In this document: positions 52,560 through 63,040 of the stretch, one piece after another
How the letters are laid out: each line of letters starts with the position of its first letter
How positions within the stretch are numbered: position 1 is the stretch's first letter
Assembly: GCF_001194135.2 (NCBI RefSeq)
Contig: NC_068992.1
Coordinates: 19,022,354 to 19,086,353, forward strand
DNA from: Octopus bimaculoides
Lineage: Eukaryota
Length of the DNA stretch: 64,000 nucleotides
Reading direction: 5' to 3'
Position numbers and translations under genes: made by a program
Notes under the pieces: model-generated
What the model was told of the DNA's origin: nothing
Seen by the model: the letters and a program-made list of their open reading frames with translations, nothing else
The model's database searches: none

Positions 52560-53198
52560 TCTTTCCTATGTTTCTATACATTTCACATTTAAATCTGTTT
52601 CATATTTGTAAGTAACATCTATGTGCTAAATACAATGATAAATCAGCTTTGTTATTTAATGCTTTTGGGATGTCGACATAGCGTTTCCTATATTTGAATG
52701 TCATGTTTATTTCACATAAGTTTTTATTCTTCAGATTATACAGTTATTTGCAGAATTCATGGTCCATACACGTTCCCTTAACCTTTTAGAATTAATGTTG
52801 GCGTTTTGTTTTTCTCTCTTTGCATTCCAGGTTCACTGCATAATTTTAGAACAGCTTCAAGAGGGACAATCTGAGTACACTCTTATAATGAAATAACCAG
52901 TATGTACCTTTATTATATCCCAAACTTTTCTAATCCAAAGAAGTCTAACAATTTTTCTCCATAAATTCGTGAAGTCAAATTCCCTCAGATGATATGTAAG
53001 TCTTGACGTTTTGAAACTGTTTTCTTGTGTGACTGCAGACGATTCCTCACAGGTGTCAGCATTTGAATCTGAAAATGATGCAGGTATGGTGTCTTTCCAA
53101 AGGGACAAAGGTGCCACAATACCTTCTCTAAGTTTTGGAATAAAACAAAGTGAAACTGTTGAAGAAAGGTCCACACCTAGAATCTGAACACTTGCCAT
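52560..53198 (-). pseudogene. Carbohydrate sulfotransferase (Sulfotransfer_2) remnant, copy 3
   Basis: ORF 52857-53198 VDLSSTVSLCFIPKL (VDD...YC.IPKV) and RLLWIR (KFLFVR); after a frameshift, KG*GNVYGP (G..V.F.EF) and NKHDIQI*ETLCRHPKSIK..FI (N.HW....LCHPC.I.YDFIG). Confidence 0.4.
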
Positions 53199-53989
53199 TC
53201 ACAAAAGCAACAACTATTGCTATATGCATTAAATACTTGACTGCTGTTAGCAGGCTTTAGTGTACTAAATGCACTAGAGTAGTGTATTAGAGTATTGTTG
53301 TTAGCAGGATTTAGTAAGAGTTGATGCCACTATACTAAACTCAAAACAAATCAGTTTTCATTTCATTGCGAATATTAATATTTATCTATATTTACTGTTG
53401 ATATGTGTGTGTGAATATAAACCATCATGCGTGTGCATCATATTATTTTGTAATACATTAGAATCCGTAGAAATTGTTTTCTGTCAGTAAAACAATTATA
53501 ATACGCTCTATGAACCTTGTACAGACCAGTGACAAGAACGCTGGATTTCTGAAACGCATATTATTATATATTGATCTATAGTTATAAAAAAAATAATATA
53601 TTATGTCAGAAGCCATAAATTTTTAATTAAATTTCCATCATTTTTTACCTGTAAACTACGAAACCTAATGCAATTTTCCAGTCTTTGCACTGATAATCTG
53701 CATAATACAAAAACAATTCCTCTGAATCTATGTGTGTGTATGTGTGTGTGCGTGTTTTCCTTGCATGTAAGTATTGAAGAAAAATAATGTCTCCCTTGCA
53801 TAAGATGAAGGATCCAATTTCATTTCTCTAAACGTTATCACCACTAAAGCTACAATCACTTGCTCTTAGAAGATTATAGGGCTTTCTGTTAGATTTGAAT
53901 AATGTATTAATTCATTTTAAAATGATATACACATTAAAATGTCATTTGCATAAGTTTCTTCCTTTAGTAACATTTGATGACTTCCCTAT

Positions 53990-54095
53990 CAGATTCGACT
54001 TCGGCGGAATTTGAACTCAGAGTGTAAAGACGGGCGAAATGCCGTTAAGCATTTTGTCCAGCGCGCTAACGATTCAGCCAACTCGTCCCCTTAAT
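53990..54095 (-). mobile_element. Major SINE family, 5' half
   Basis: TCGACTTCGGCGGAATTTGAACTCAGAG...GAAATGCCGTTAAGCATTTTGTCCAGCGCGCTAACGATT. Confidence 0.8.
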
Positions 54096-55849
54096 GTTAC
54101 TAGAACCTCCCCACCAGGATTTTGATAAGAAGATAAATGTGAAGTCGCACAATGCCAAGAGAACTTTCGCTTTTATTGCAGATAGTGTTCTATAATTCTA
54201 TATGTATATTTTCCTGTGTGTAAAATGAAAGAGATTAAATATAGCTGGCTATTCATTTATTCGTCACTTCAAGTATCCCTTGAGAAACAAGTTATAAATG
54301 TGAAAAGGTAACAGAGAATACGTGTGATACATCAATCTATCAGTGTGATATTAAATATTTTCGAATAGTCAGATCACTTTCAAAAATATACAACTAATGA
54401 TTCACTTTCGTCACGCACTGATAACATATATGGCGGTATATGCTAAAAGTGATTTCGCCGGTGTGCAGATCTATGATGGAAGATGTTTTGTCTCGTCTTT
54501 TTTTATATTTCGAGCTACATTTTCCAGCGTATACTTTGGTTTATATATTTCTTCTCTTACGAAGACGGTAGAATTTGATTTTTTAACAATTGGGTGTTAT
54601 ATCTAGCAGGTCACGAAGAATTTCTTGAACCATACTGGAACACAGCAAGAAAGACTACGTAGTGCAGTATAGTGCATTCGAACGAACCTTTTCTCCTTTA
54701 ATTTTTTAGTTCAATTTAGAGCTATATTGTCTAAACGCCATGCTGAAACAGTCTACATAATTGAATTTCTATAGCTTTTCTCTCGTACCTGTTATGTCCG
54801 GAGTTAGTGTTTATGTGAGATTTTAAGTAATATCTGTCTCAAAATTCTAACGAAGATCTCGCGATATAACAGCGTTGAATTTATACCTGAATTCCTAGAG
54901 TCTTGAATGGATGGAGTACGCAACTAGTAAGCTGAGGAGCGAAGGCTATTGTAGTAATGGTACAAGATAGATCAAGGACACAGCACATCTAAGAACTTAG
55001 GCCGCAATATGTTTGCGAATGATGTTACCAATACGTAGGGTGGGCTTTTTTTGAACGCAGCCTAAAGAGNNNNNNNNNNNNNNNNNNNNNNNNNNNNNNN
55101 NNNNNNNNNNNNNNNNNNNNNNNNNNNNNNNNNNNNNNNNNNNNNNNNNNNNNNNNNNNNNNNNNNNNNNNNNNNNNNNNNNNNNNNNNNNNNNNNNNNN
55201 NNNNNNNNNNNNNNNNNNNNNNNNNNNNNNNNNNNNNNNNNNNNNNNNNNNNNNNNNNNNNNNNNNNNNNNNNNNNNNNNNNNNNNNNNNNNNNNNNNNN
55301 NNNNNNNNNNNNNNNNNNNNNNNNNNNNNNNNNNNNNNNNNNNNNNNNNNNNNNNNNNNNNNNNNNNNNNNNNNNNNNNNNNNNNNNNNNNNNNNNNNNN
55401 NNNNNNNNNNNNNNNNNNNNNNNNNNNNNNNNNNNNNNNNNNNNNNNNNNNNNNNNNNNNNNNNNNNNNNNNNNNNNNNNNNNNNNNNNNNNNNNNNNNN
55501 NNNNNNNNNNNNNNNNNNNNNNNNNNNNNNNNNNNNNNNNNNNNNNNNNNNNNNNNNNNNNNNNNNNNNNNNNNNNNNNNNNNNNNNNNNNNNNNNNNNN
55601 NNNNNNNNNNNNNNNNNNNNAAAAAAAAAAAAAAAAAAAAAAAAAAAAGGAAATTTTCAAATTCGCAGTCAAGAAAACACATGCTTCATACAAAAACTTT
55701 AAACAAAAAGGTAACGTGAAATACTGGTAAGTGATAAATTATATATTTCAGTATATCACATTTACTATATTTTTTATTTCGAAAGACAATCCAAATATTA
55801 TATATTATCAGAAGGCTTCAGTTGTCATACAACTTTTTTTTCTGTTCCG

Positions 55850-56170
55850 CTAGGCATAGTTGTGTGACATTAAGCCCGTTTCTCAGCCACACGATTTCAG
55901 GTTTAATCATACTGTGTGGCACATTGGGCAAGTGTCAACTATTGCCTCTGATCGACCAACGCCTTTTGAGTGGATTTGGTAAATGGAAACTGAAAGAATC
56001 TCGTGTGTCTTAACACGGCTTTATTATCGGTATTGGTACATTTACGTCTCTGAAACTTAGCATTTCGGCAAAAGAAAACGACAGAAGTATCTGGTTTTAA
56101 AAAGTACTGGGGTCGATTCGTTCGACTGAAAAGACATGGCAGTGGTCCGACTGAAAAAAGAAATAAACAC
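55850..56170 (+). mobile_element. tRNA-derived SINE (6592 family), degenerate
   Basis: GGTTTAATCATACTGTGTGGCACATTGGGCAAGTGTC...GAGTGGATTTGGTAAATGGAAACTGAAAGAA. Confidence 0.7.
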
Positions 56171-59100
56171 GCTGTTTTCCATCGTATGGTGCATTTTATT
56201 TTCTTATCGAATGTTTTACCTTCGGATTTATGCATTTCATTTAACTTCAAGTTTATTACATAGTAAATATTTAATATCTCGAATGTAGCTGAAGAAGTAT
56301 TAAAGTTTTGCGTTTAAGCTCGCATTTATGTGCATGAATTGGCAGAATATTTAGAGCCTTACAAAAATAACTTACTGTGTCCTAATTTCGCCTACAACAG
56401 ACGTGATATACAGTCCAACCTTCATCAGGCGTCTTGGGGAAATTTCGAAACTGTTTTTTCATCTAAACGTGACTGGTTTCGCATCAGCCTCTGTGTCACA
56501 AATACCACCTTTCAATAAACGAAGTAAAGACGGTTTTTGATGGACTAGAGTAGTGAGAAATGCTAAATAAATGTGTGCAGTTTTTCAACAACATTCAGAT
56601 CTCAAAATATTTTTATTAATGGGTTATTTGTTTTGACATCCTTGTCAATCTAGACAGGGATATATCAGAGTATTCTCAGTTAAACATAAAGAGCCTATTG
56701 CATTACTACATCATTTACATAGATGCGTGGAACAACTGCTTAAATGTATTTGTTGTTGACTGCCTTTATATAGTTCGGTTGTGTATGTCTGGAAGCGGTG
56801 AAATAAGTAATAGTTAAATACTAAAGACAACCAAAATTAGTGTTACTGTACAGATGTTGAAAATTATTTTTAGCGGGTGTCACATTAACAATATTAATGT
56901 TACGCCCGTAGTATATAGAGCAGTTGTAAGTTAACCTAAATGATAGAGCTCCCCCAAGAGACATTCTGAAAACATAAAAAAAAATGCTAATATGAAGATA
57001 CATAAACATTTCAAATGGATGGGTATATTAAATATGTAACGGCCAGTAAAATATAAAACAAAAAAACAAATGAAATAAGTGTTGTATTTTGCTTTTACAC
57101 ACACAAAAGAAAAAAAAAGAAGGCTCACTTCCCAAATATGCCACTCTGCTGCTAAATAATAAAGACATCTGAAATGTAAGTAACGGCCATTTGGGGAACT
57201 GGGGACCTATTAAGCTCTTCTCAATATATTTTTAGTGTTTGTTGCTGCTTTGTTTTGTTTCAACTTTTTCGATACAGTGTTCACAAGTGAAAAAACGAAG
57301 ACAGAGGAGATGAGGAAAGTGAAAAAGAGAAGGATAATGTATGTGAGAATGAAGGAGTGAGGTGGTATAATTCGCTATCTTTTGGTTTAAATCTAACATT
57401 TATTTCGTCTGTGACAGTATGGGAAGTCAGCTCTATGACTTAATGTATTAGTGGTGCAAACGAAATAAAAGTCTGGAAAGTGAATTGAAATGTGATGCGT
57501 AATCGGCTAAAATCACAACTTGTACGCAAATAAAATTAGTTTGAAGCAACCTGGAAGCAAATTGGAAAAAGTACAGCATCTTAGCCACTAATTCATTTGT
57601 ACTTATTTCTAATAGCTTCAATTGAATATGAAAGGAAATTGACGCCTAGACGTTGTTTCAAAAAAAAAAAAAAAAAACGTTAAAAGCAGCGGAGTATCTT
57701 CAATTTGTGCAGAGTGTATTCTATTTTGACGAATAGTACAAGTGAAAATTGACTAATTTAATAAAAAATATAAATCTAAAATATGGAATGTCACATTTAT
57801 GAAGAAGTGGGGTTGGATGTGAGTTTCAATTTTACGACTATAGAACAAGGGAAGAACACGCAGTTTTTGTTAACGAACTTAACCCACGTTACTCTATATC
57901 AGCGGTTCTCGACAGGGGTTCATATCCGATTTTTCGTTAAAATTTATGTGCAATAAATTGGATATAATTCTACAATATACAAAATATTTGAGCAATTTTA
58001 ATTCCTAATATAAAAGAAACAAAAAAAAATTTTTAAACATCGCATGACAACAGGGTTCCCCCGAGTAAAATAGCAACCAAAAATGTCTATGGGCACAAAG
58101 GGGTAACTTAAGTATCTTGCTCTCTATTAAAGCCTAATAAGCAGAAATCAGAGTTTCAACTTCAAGATATTTGCTTAACTTACAATGCTGGATATATTTT
58201 GCACAAAAAATTTCAAGGAAAATAAAATTAGTACAAAAAAGAAATTCAATGTATTAATTATATGTATATACAGGATACATTGTCTACTTCAGAGGAATTG
58301 ATAGAGTTGATGCCATATGGATTTAAATGCAGAATCCTAAGAAATATCTTAACAGATTAAGACATTAATACAGATCTCAGAGTATTCTCCAAGCTTTAGT
58401 AGGTCACACATTTTAGAAAACCTTAATGTAAATCAAGCATTTGACTGGTATTCTTTTTTTTTCATTCAATATCGTTCTGAGTTGAAAGTTATTCCGCCCT
58501 CACATCTCCAAAGTGACAACATCTCCATACCAACAACCAGGACCTTTAAAAAAAATTTATTGGGGTGTTTGTAAATTGCAGGCTGTTCGTGCATTATTGC
58601 AGGATAGTGATTAGCTGGTTCTAGCATAAATTCTAGTTTTGCCGATTTTATAGGACAATTTTCTTTTTCCTGTGGTAAAATTTGGGGAATTTATAATCTG
58701 AATCATTCAAACTTTTATTCGCGCCTGTCATTTTTCCCGCCAGAGTACATGTATGATGTAATTTGAAAGCAAATCTTTGGTCTGGGTCTTATCCGCCTCC
58801 CCCTTTGGTTTAAGTACAATCGGAATTCCAAAACCTACATTTTTGTGAGTGCAAAAGGGAAGCATTTCATTCAGCGGAATGTTGTGTGATTTTTTCTCGA
58901 GACTCCATGATTAGTCATATCGAACAATTGCATTTTGTCTAACAAAATGTAGTTCACGTTTATGCTGAGATCACACCTGGCAGTCGAATATCTAAATAAT
59001 CCACTGATACTGTTTCTTTTCTTTTTGTGCCTACTGTTCCATTGTACTTGGCGCAACTACTGCAGAGTTCATTTACAATCGAATCGTTTATTAGAATAAC

Positions 59101-59864
59101 GATTCCGTTGGTAATTTCTTGCTCCAGACATGCAACTTAAAGTACCTTCAATTTCAAGCAAATTAAATTCCTTCACATTTTATGTTAGAAATCAACTCAG
59201 GTTTTTCTTGTTTTTTTTACTGGATTTCAAATAAAATGGCAGCTGAGAATCTACATGACTTTTCTCATATGAATGTTTCCTATCAACCCAAAGTCCGCCA
59301 ATTTTTAGAAAGACTATAGTCGAAGTTCGTGTTATTGGGACTTTTTTGATTGACCATGGGATGGCAATATCGAAATTGGTTGTAGTTCGACCGCAATTCA
59401 TTAAGTAACTATTTGCAGGCATTGGTATTCGCTCTTAATTTTGTCATACCAAAATACAATAAGAACAATCTTTAGTAAAATCATTTTTTCAAGAACAAGC
59501 ATGAAGAAATTATTTTTGTGGATATATTTACTAATACTTCAGAAAATTTTATAGCCTTTTGGTGATACGTGAGTATCAAAAAAAATGGAGTAAAATATAT
59601 CAAGAAAGAAATTAAAAGCATTTAACAGAAGTCTAAAATGTGGTTGAACATTAAAAGTGATGAATTGAAAAAATATAATCTCAGACTGAAGAAAATATGC
59701 TAATAAGCAATATTGATAGGATTATAAAAAATTTAAAATTCAATATTAAGTCTTTGATTAAACAAGAAAGTGGTTGTAAAAAAAAGAAAAGAAAAAAAAA
59801 AAAAGACATACAGGTCGTTCAGTCAGGCAGCTGTAAATGACCTAGATAATCCTTTGGGATTTGC

Positions 59865-60254
59865 TCAGCAGTATGCTAAGAGTTCATCTAAGCTACAAGT
59901 ATGATGACAGCATTCACACACAATTCCACACCAAAAGTTGCTTTTTCTTGTTAAGTGCGACTTTGCTTTCTTTTTACTGATAACAACTCCATTGAGTTTG
60001 CTGCGTTTAGGTTTCGGACAACGAGTTGTGTAAAATAAAATTTCGTCCATTTTACCATATTCTTCCCGGTTGCAGACAAGTCGCAAGAAGTTGGGCATTT
60101 TAGCGGCGCAGTAGCTACTTGACACAGAAGTTCTACTGATAGTTTCATCGTTACACCGATGTTCCAAACCCGCCTTCACCGTATAGCGACTAAGTGTGGT
60201 AACGAAAAGCAAGAAAACAATATTCCATGTAAACATTTTGATAATCTTTTCCAT
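59865..60254 (-). CDS. Insulin-like prepropeptide (molluscan insulin-related type), single uninterrupted ORF, 129 aa
   Basis: Hydrophobic signal (~aa 1-28); B-domain C49-X11-C61; A-domain GIVCECC-X3-C-X8-C at the C-terminus; dibasic sites KR83-84 and RK103-104; molluscan extra Cys pair C34/C113. ATG and TGA checked in the sequence. Confidence 0.95.
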   Translation of the reverse strand: MEKIIKMFTWNIVFLLFVTTLSRYTVKAGLEHRCNDETISRTSVSSSYCAAKMPNFLRLVCNREEYGKMDEILFYTTRCPKPKRSKLNGVVISKKKAKSHLTRKSNFWCGIVCECCHHTCSLDELLAYC

Positions 60255-60537
60255 TTTTTTATGTTTTCACGAGTCTGAAGCCTCTTGGGTGTGTACTGCT
60301 TGACAGGAAGGTTAGAATTGATTTTAAAACCAGCGTGTCAAAGAATATATTTAATTAACCACCCACGTAAAAGTTTCGCTCTTCCTTTCGCTGCTGCTGC
60401 TGCTGCTGTTTGAAATATATTTGTCGGGACAAATATCGTAGCTTCTAATTCTGCTGAGAAAACCGGATGTTGTTATAGAATCACCTGGGTTGCCCATACA
60501 GAAGTTATCTTAATATTAGTAGCTTTTCCAACCGTGA

Positions 60538-60563
60538 CTAAAAGAAAGAAGAAAAAAAACAAC
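60538..60563 (-). promoter_or_regulatory. Candidate 3' splice acceptor upstream of the insulin ATG
   Basis: Minus strand GTTGTTTTTTTTCTTCTTTCTTTTAG|TCACGG: polypyrimidine tract plus AG, 283 nt before the ATG. Confidence 0.4.
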
Positions 60564-60839
60564 TTTTTTCGACTACATTCAATGTTTAGTATATCTGTTT
60601 ATTTTGGCCCTTCGTTGGCCAGCGGGGTTCCTTGGGACACCATCAAATTTTAAAAGTAAGGCAACTTGTATATTTTTTAAAAATTTAAATCATTTTATAT
60701 CTCATGACTTTTATTGTCAATAGTTTATGTATGTACACAGACATTTTGAGTTAGGATTTTCCAGTCATATGGATGTTATAGCATATAATATAGTAATTGA
60801 GGTCCAACTGGACGCCCATTAGCATTTTGTGAAACTACT

Positions 60840-61000
60840 TAGCAGCATTTCGCCTGTATTTACTTTCAGAGTTCAAATTCCACCGAGGACGATCTTATTT
60901 TTCACCGTTTCGGGGACCATAAAATAAGTACTAGTTGAGCGCTGGAGTCGATATAATCGACTTGTCTCCCACTACTGAAATTGCTGGCCTTGTGACACAA
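60840..61000 (+). mobile_element. Major SINE family copy
   Basis: TTCAGAGTTCAAATTCCACCGAGG...ATAAAATAAGTAC...AAATTGCTGGCCTTGTG. Confidence 0.8.
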
Positions 61001-61329
61001 TTTGAGTGCAATGATTCCGAAAGATGACATTGAATTTGCATTCTTAGCACTTTCTGGCAGATTCGAACGTGAATATGTAAATCGCTGTTGAAATTCTTCA
61101 GTGGAGAACAACTTGCAGGCGAATGCGTGATTAATAACACTGTGCGAGATACAATAGGGTAAAGAAGATTTCGGAAAACCGTTGTTTCGACATTTTGCAC
61201 ATGACTTACCACTGTACACATTCTTTCATTCGTTTCAGCTATGCGGTTGTGGTCATACTCGAGCACCATATGATGATTTTTAGTTCCAATTTAGGATCTA
61301 TGCTAGGTCTTTTGAGAGGAGCAGACCTC

Positions 61330-61985
61330 CCAAAAGAAAGCCGATTTAATCAATTATAATACATGAATGGTCTTCTGTTTTATGGGACCTGAAAGGTGAA
61401 GGTGACTTTCGTCACCTTTGCCTTTCATCCCGGGATCTGATTTGAACTCAGAGACTAAAGAGCTATAACTAAATGCCGCAACGCATTTTGTTCAACGCTC
61501 TAGCGGCGCCGCTGTAAAATCAACACTCTACTGCTCTTTAAATGATATTGGGTCGAGTTATTTCGGGGTTGTTTGTTAGTCTATAGCATCAGACCAAGCA
61601 CATCACTCGTATTTTATTCATCGACTCTGGAATTCTGAAGTACAATGATCACTTCGGTGTGATTAGAAATTGAATTAAAGCGTCGGATTAAATACAATGA
61701 ATCGTCTTTGCAAACTCCCTAAGAAATCTGCCTGCCTGCCTGCCGGCTTTGTCCTTTCCATAGCAAAATTTCCTAATCTCAGCACAAGGCCTTCAGTATT
61801 TGAGGGGAGGTATTAGTATTATTCGGGATAATTTATCTCAAAACATGGCAAGTATTATATTGTATCAGTCCTGAAGTCCTGAAGTAATGGAACGGCGTGA
61901 ATTGAACTCAGAATGTAAAGATCCGTAACAAATACAGCAAACTATTTTTCCCCGACGCCATCATGATCCCGCCAGCTCGCCGTCA
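61330..61985 (-). mobile_element. Two degenerate major-family SINEs
   Basis: TTTGAACTCAGAG (61441) and TTGAACTCAGAATGTAAAG (61902) B-box regions, heads at ~61510 and ~61985. Confidence 0.7.
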
Positions 61986-62029
61986 ATCCTCTTCTTTCTA
62001 TTAATAATTTCTAATATAAAATGAGGCAG

Positions 62030-63040
62030 TGAAGGTGGCGCGCTGACAGAATAACTGCTTAGCGGTATCCCGTCTCTGTGAAGTTATTGTGTGAGTCTAT
62101 GGTGAACTGTTTATTGAATTGTTGCCGTTGTTGATTGAATTGTTGTTTGAATTGTTGCCGTTGTTGATGCGTTAATTGTTGTTTTGTTTCCCATTGTGGG
62201 GAAAATGGAGAAGGAGCCGGAGGCAGGCCAACGTTATGCGGCCGCAACGGGCAAAGGAGTAGACACGCGAGAGTTGGAGGTCCGCGAGATAGAAGTGGAG
62301 CCTAGAATGACGAAGGAGAGTGAGAAATTAATCACAAAGGAAGGAAACACTTTGAAGCTAACGCCCCTGAAGGCCAACGTGGCAAAAAGAACGGTTATAT
62401 TTAGAACCAAGAAGGCAGCCACGAGAAAGATAGACATAGCACCATTAGAGGTCATATAAGAACAACAAACCTTACGAGAGGGAGAAGATACGCCACTGAG
62501 GAGGTGCGCTTCACAACGGAAGAGGAAGCAATGAAGCAATAAAGGAATCAATAAAGCACTCCGCAGAGGCAATAAGGACAGAGGAATGGGTGCTCTTGCC
62601 TTCGTACTGCGGCAAACGTGTGGCCAAGGTGTAGTGACGTTAATCAGAAAGGATCCAGACAAGGGGGTCGTTTTAGATTGGGGTAGTGAGGTCGGAGCGT
62701 GGCCTGATCATCGCTACATTTGTGTTGTCTCTGTATTATTAATTTAATTCGATTTTGAAAATATCTTATATAATTTTTATATTCATATTTTATGTAAAAC
62801 TATAACGTATTACTGATCCCAGTCCGTTGTTTTGTCCATTTCTGTGTTTGGCCCCCTGTGGGCAATAAAGAAATTGGATTTCGTCTGTTTTTATGTTCTG
62901 AGTTCAAATTCCGCCGAGGTCGACTTTGACTTTCATCCTTTTGGGGTCCTTTAATTATATAGAAGCTGCGTACTGGGGTCGATCTTATCGACTGGCACCC
63001 TCCTCCAAAATTTCGAGCCTTGTGCCTAGAGTAGAAATGA
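62030..63040 (+). mobile_element. Major SINE split by an ~800-bp internally deleted non-LTR element
   Basis: SINE head ends CTTAGCGGTAT (~62068) and resumes TTTCGTCTG...GAGTTCAAATTCCGCCGAGG (~62879); the insert has an ORF1-like frame (62184-62459), a PDHR endonuclease-end-like motif and a GGCAATAAAGAAAT tail. Confidence 0.7.

Noticed and set aside
60902-61269. Two overlapping ~110-aa ORFs upstream of the insulin
   Set aside because: Their ends run through SINE sequence, and no signal peptide or recognisable domain is present.
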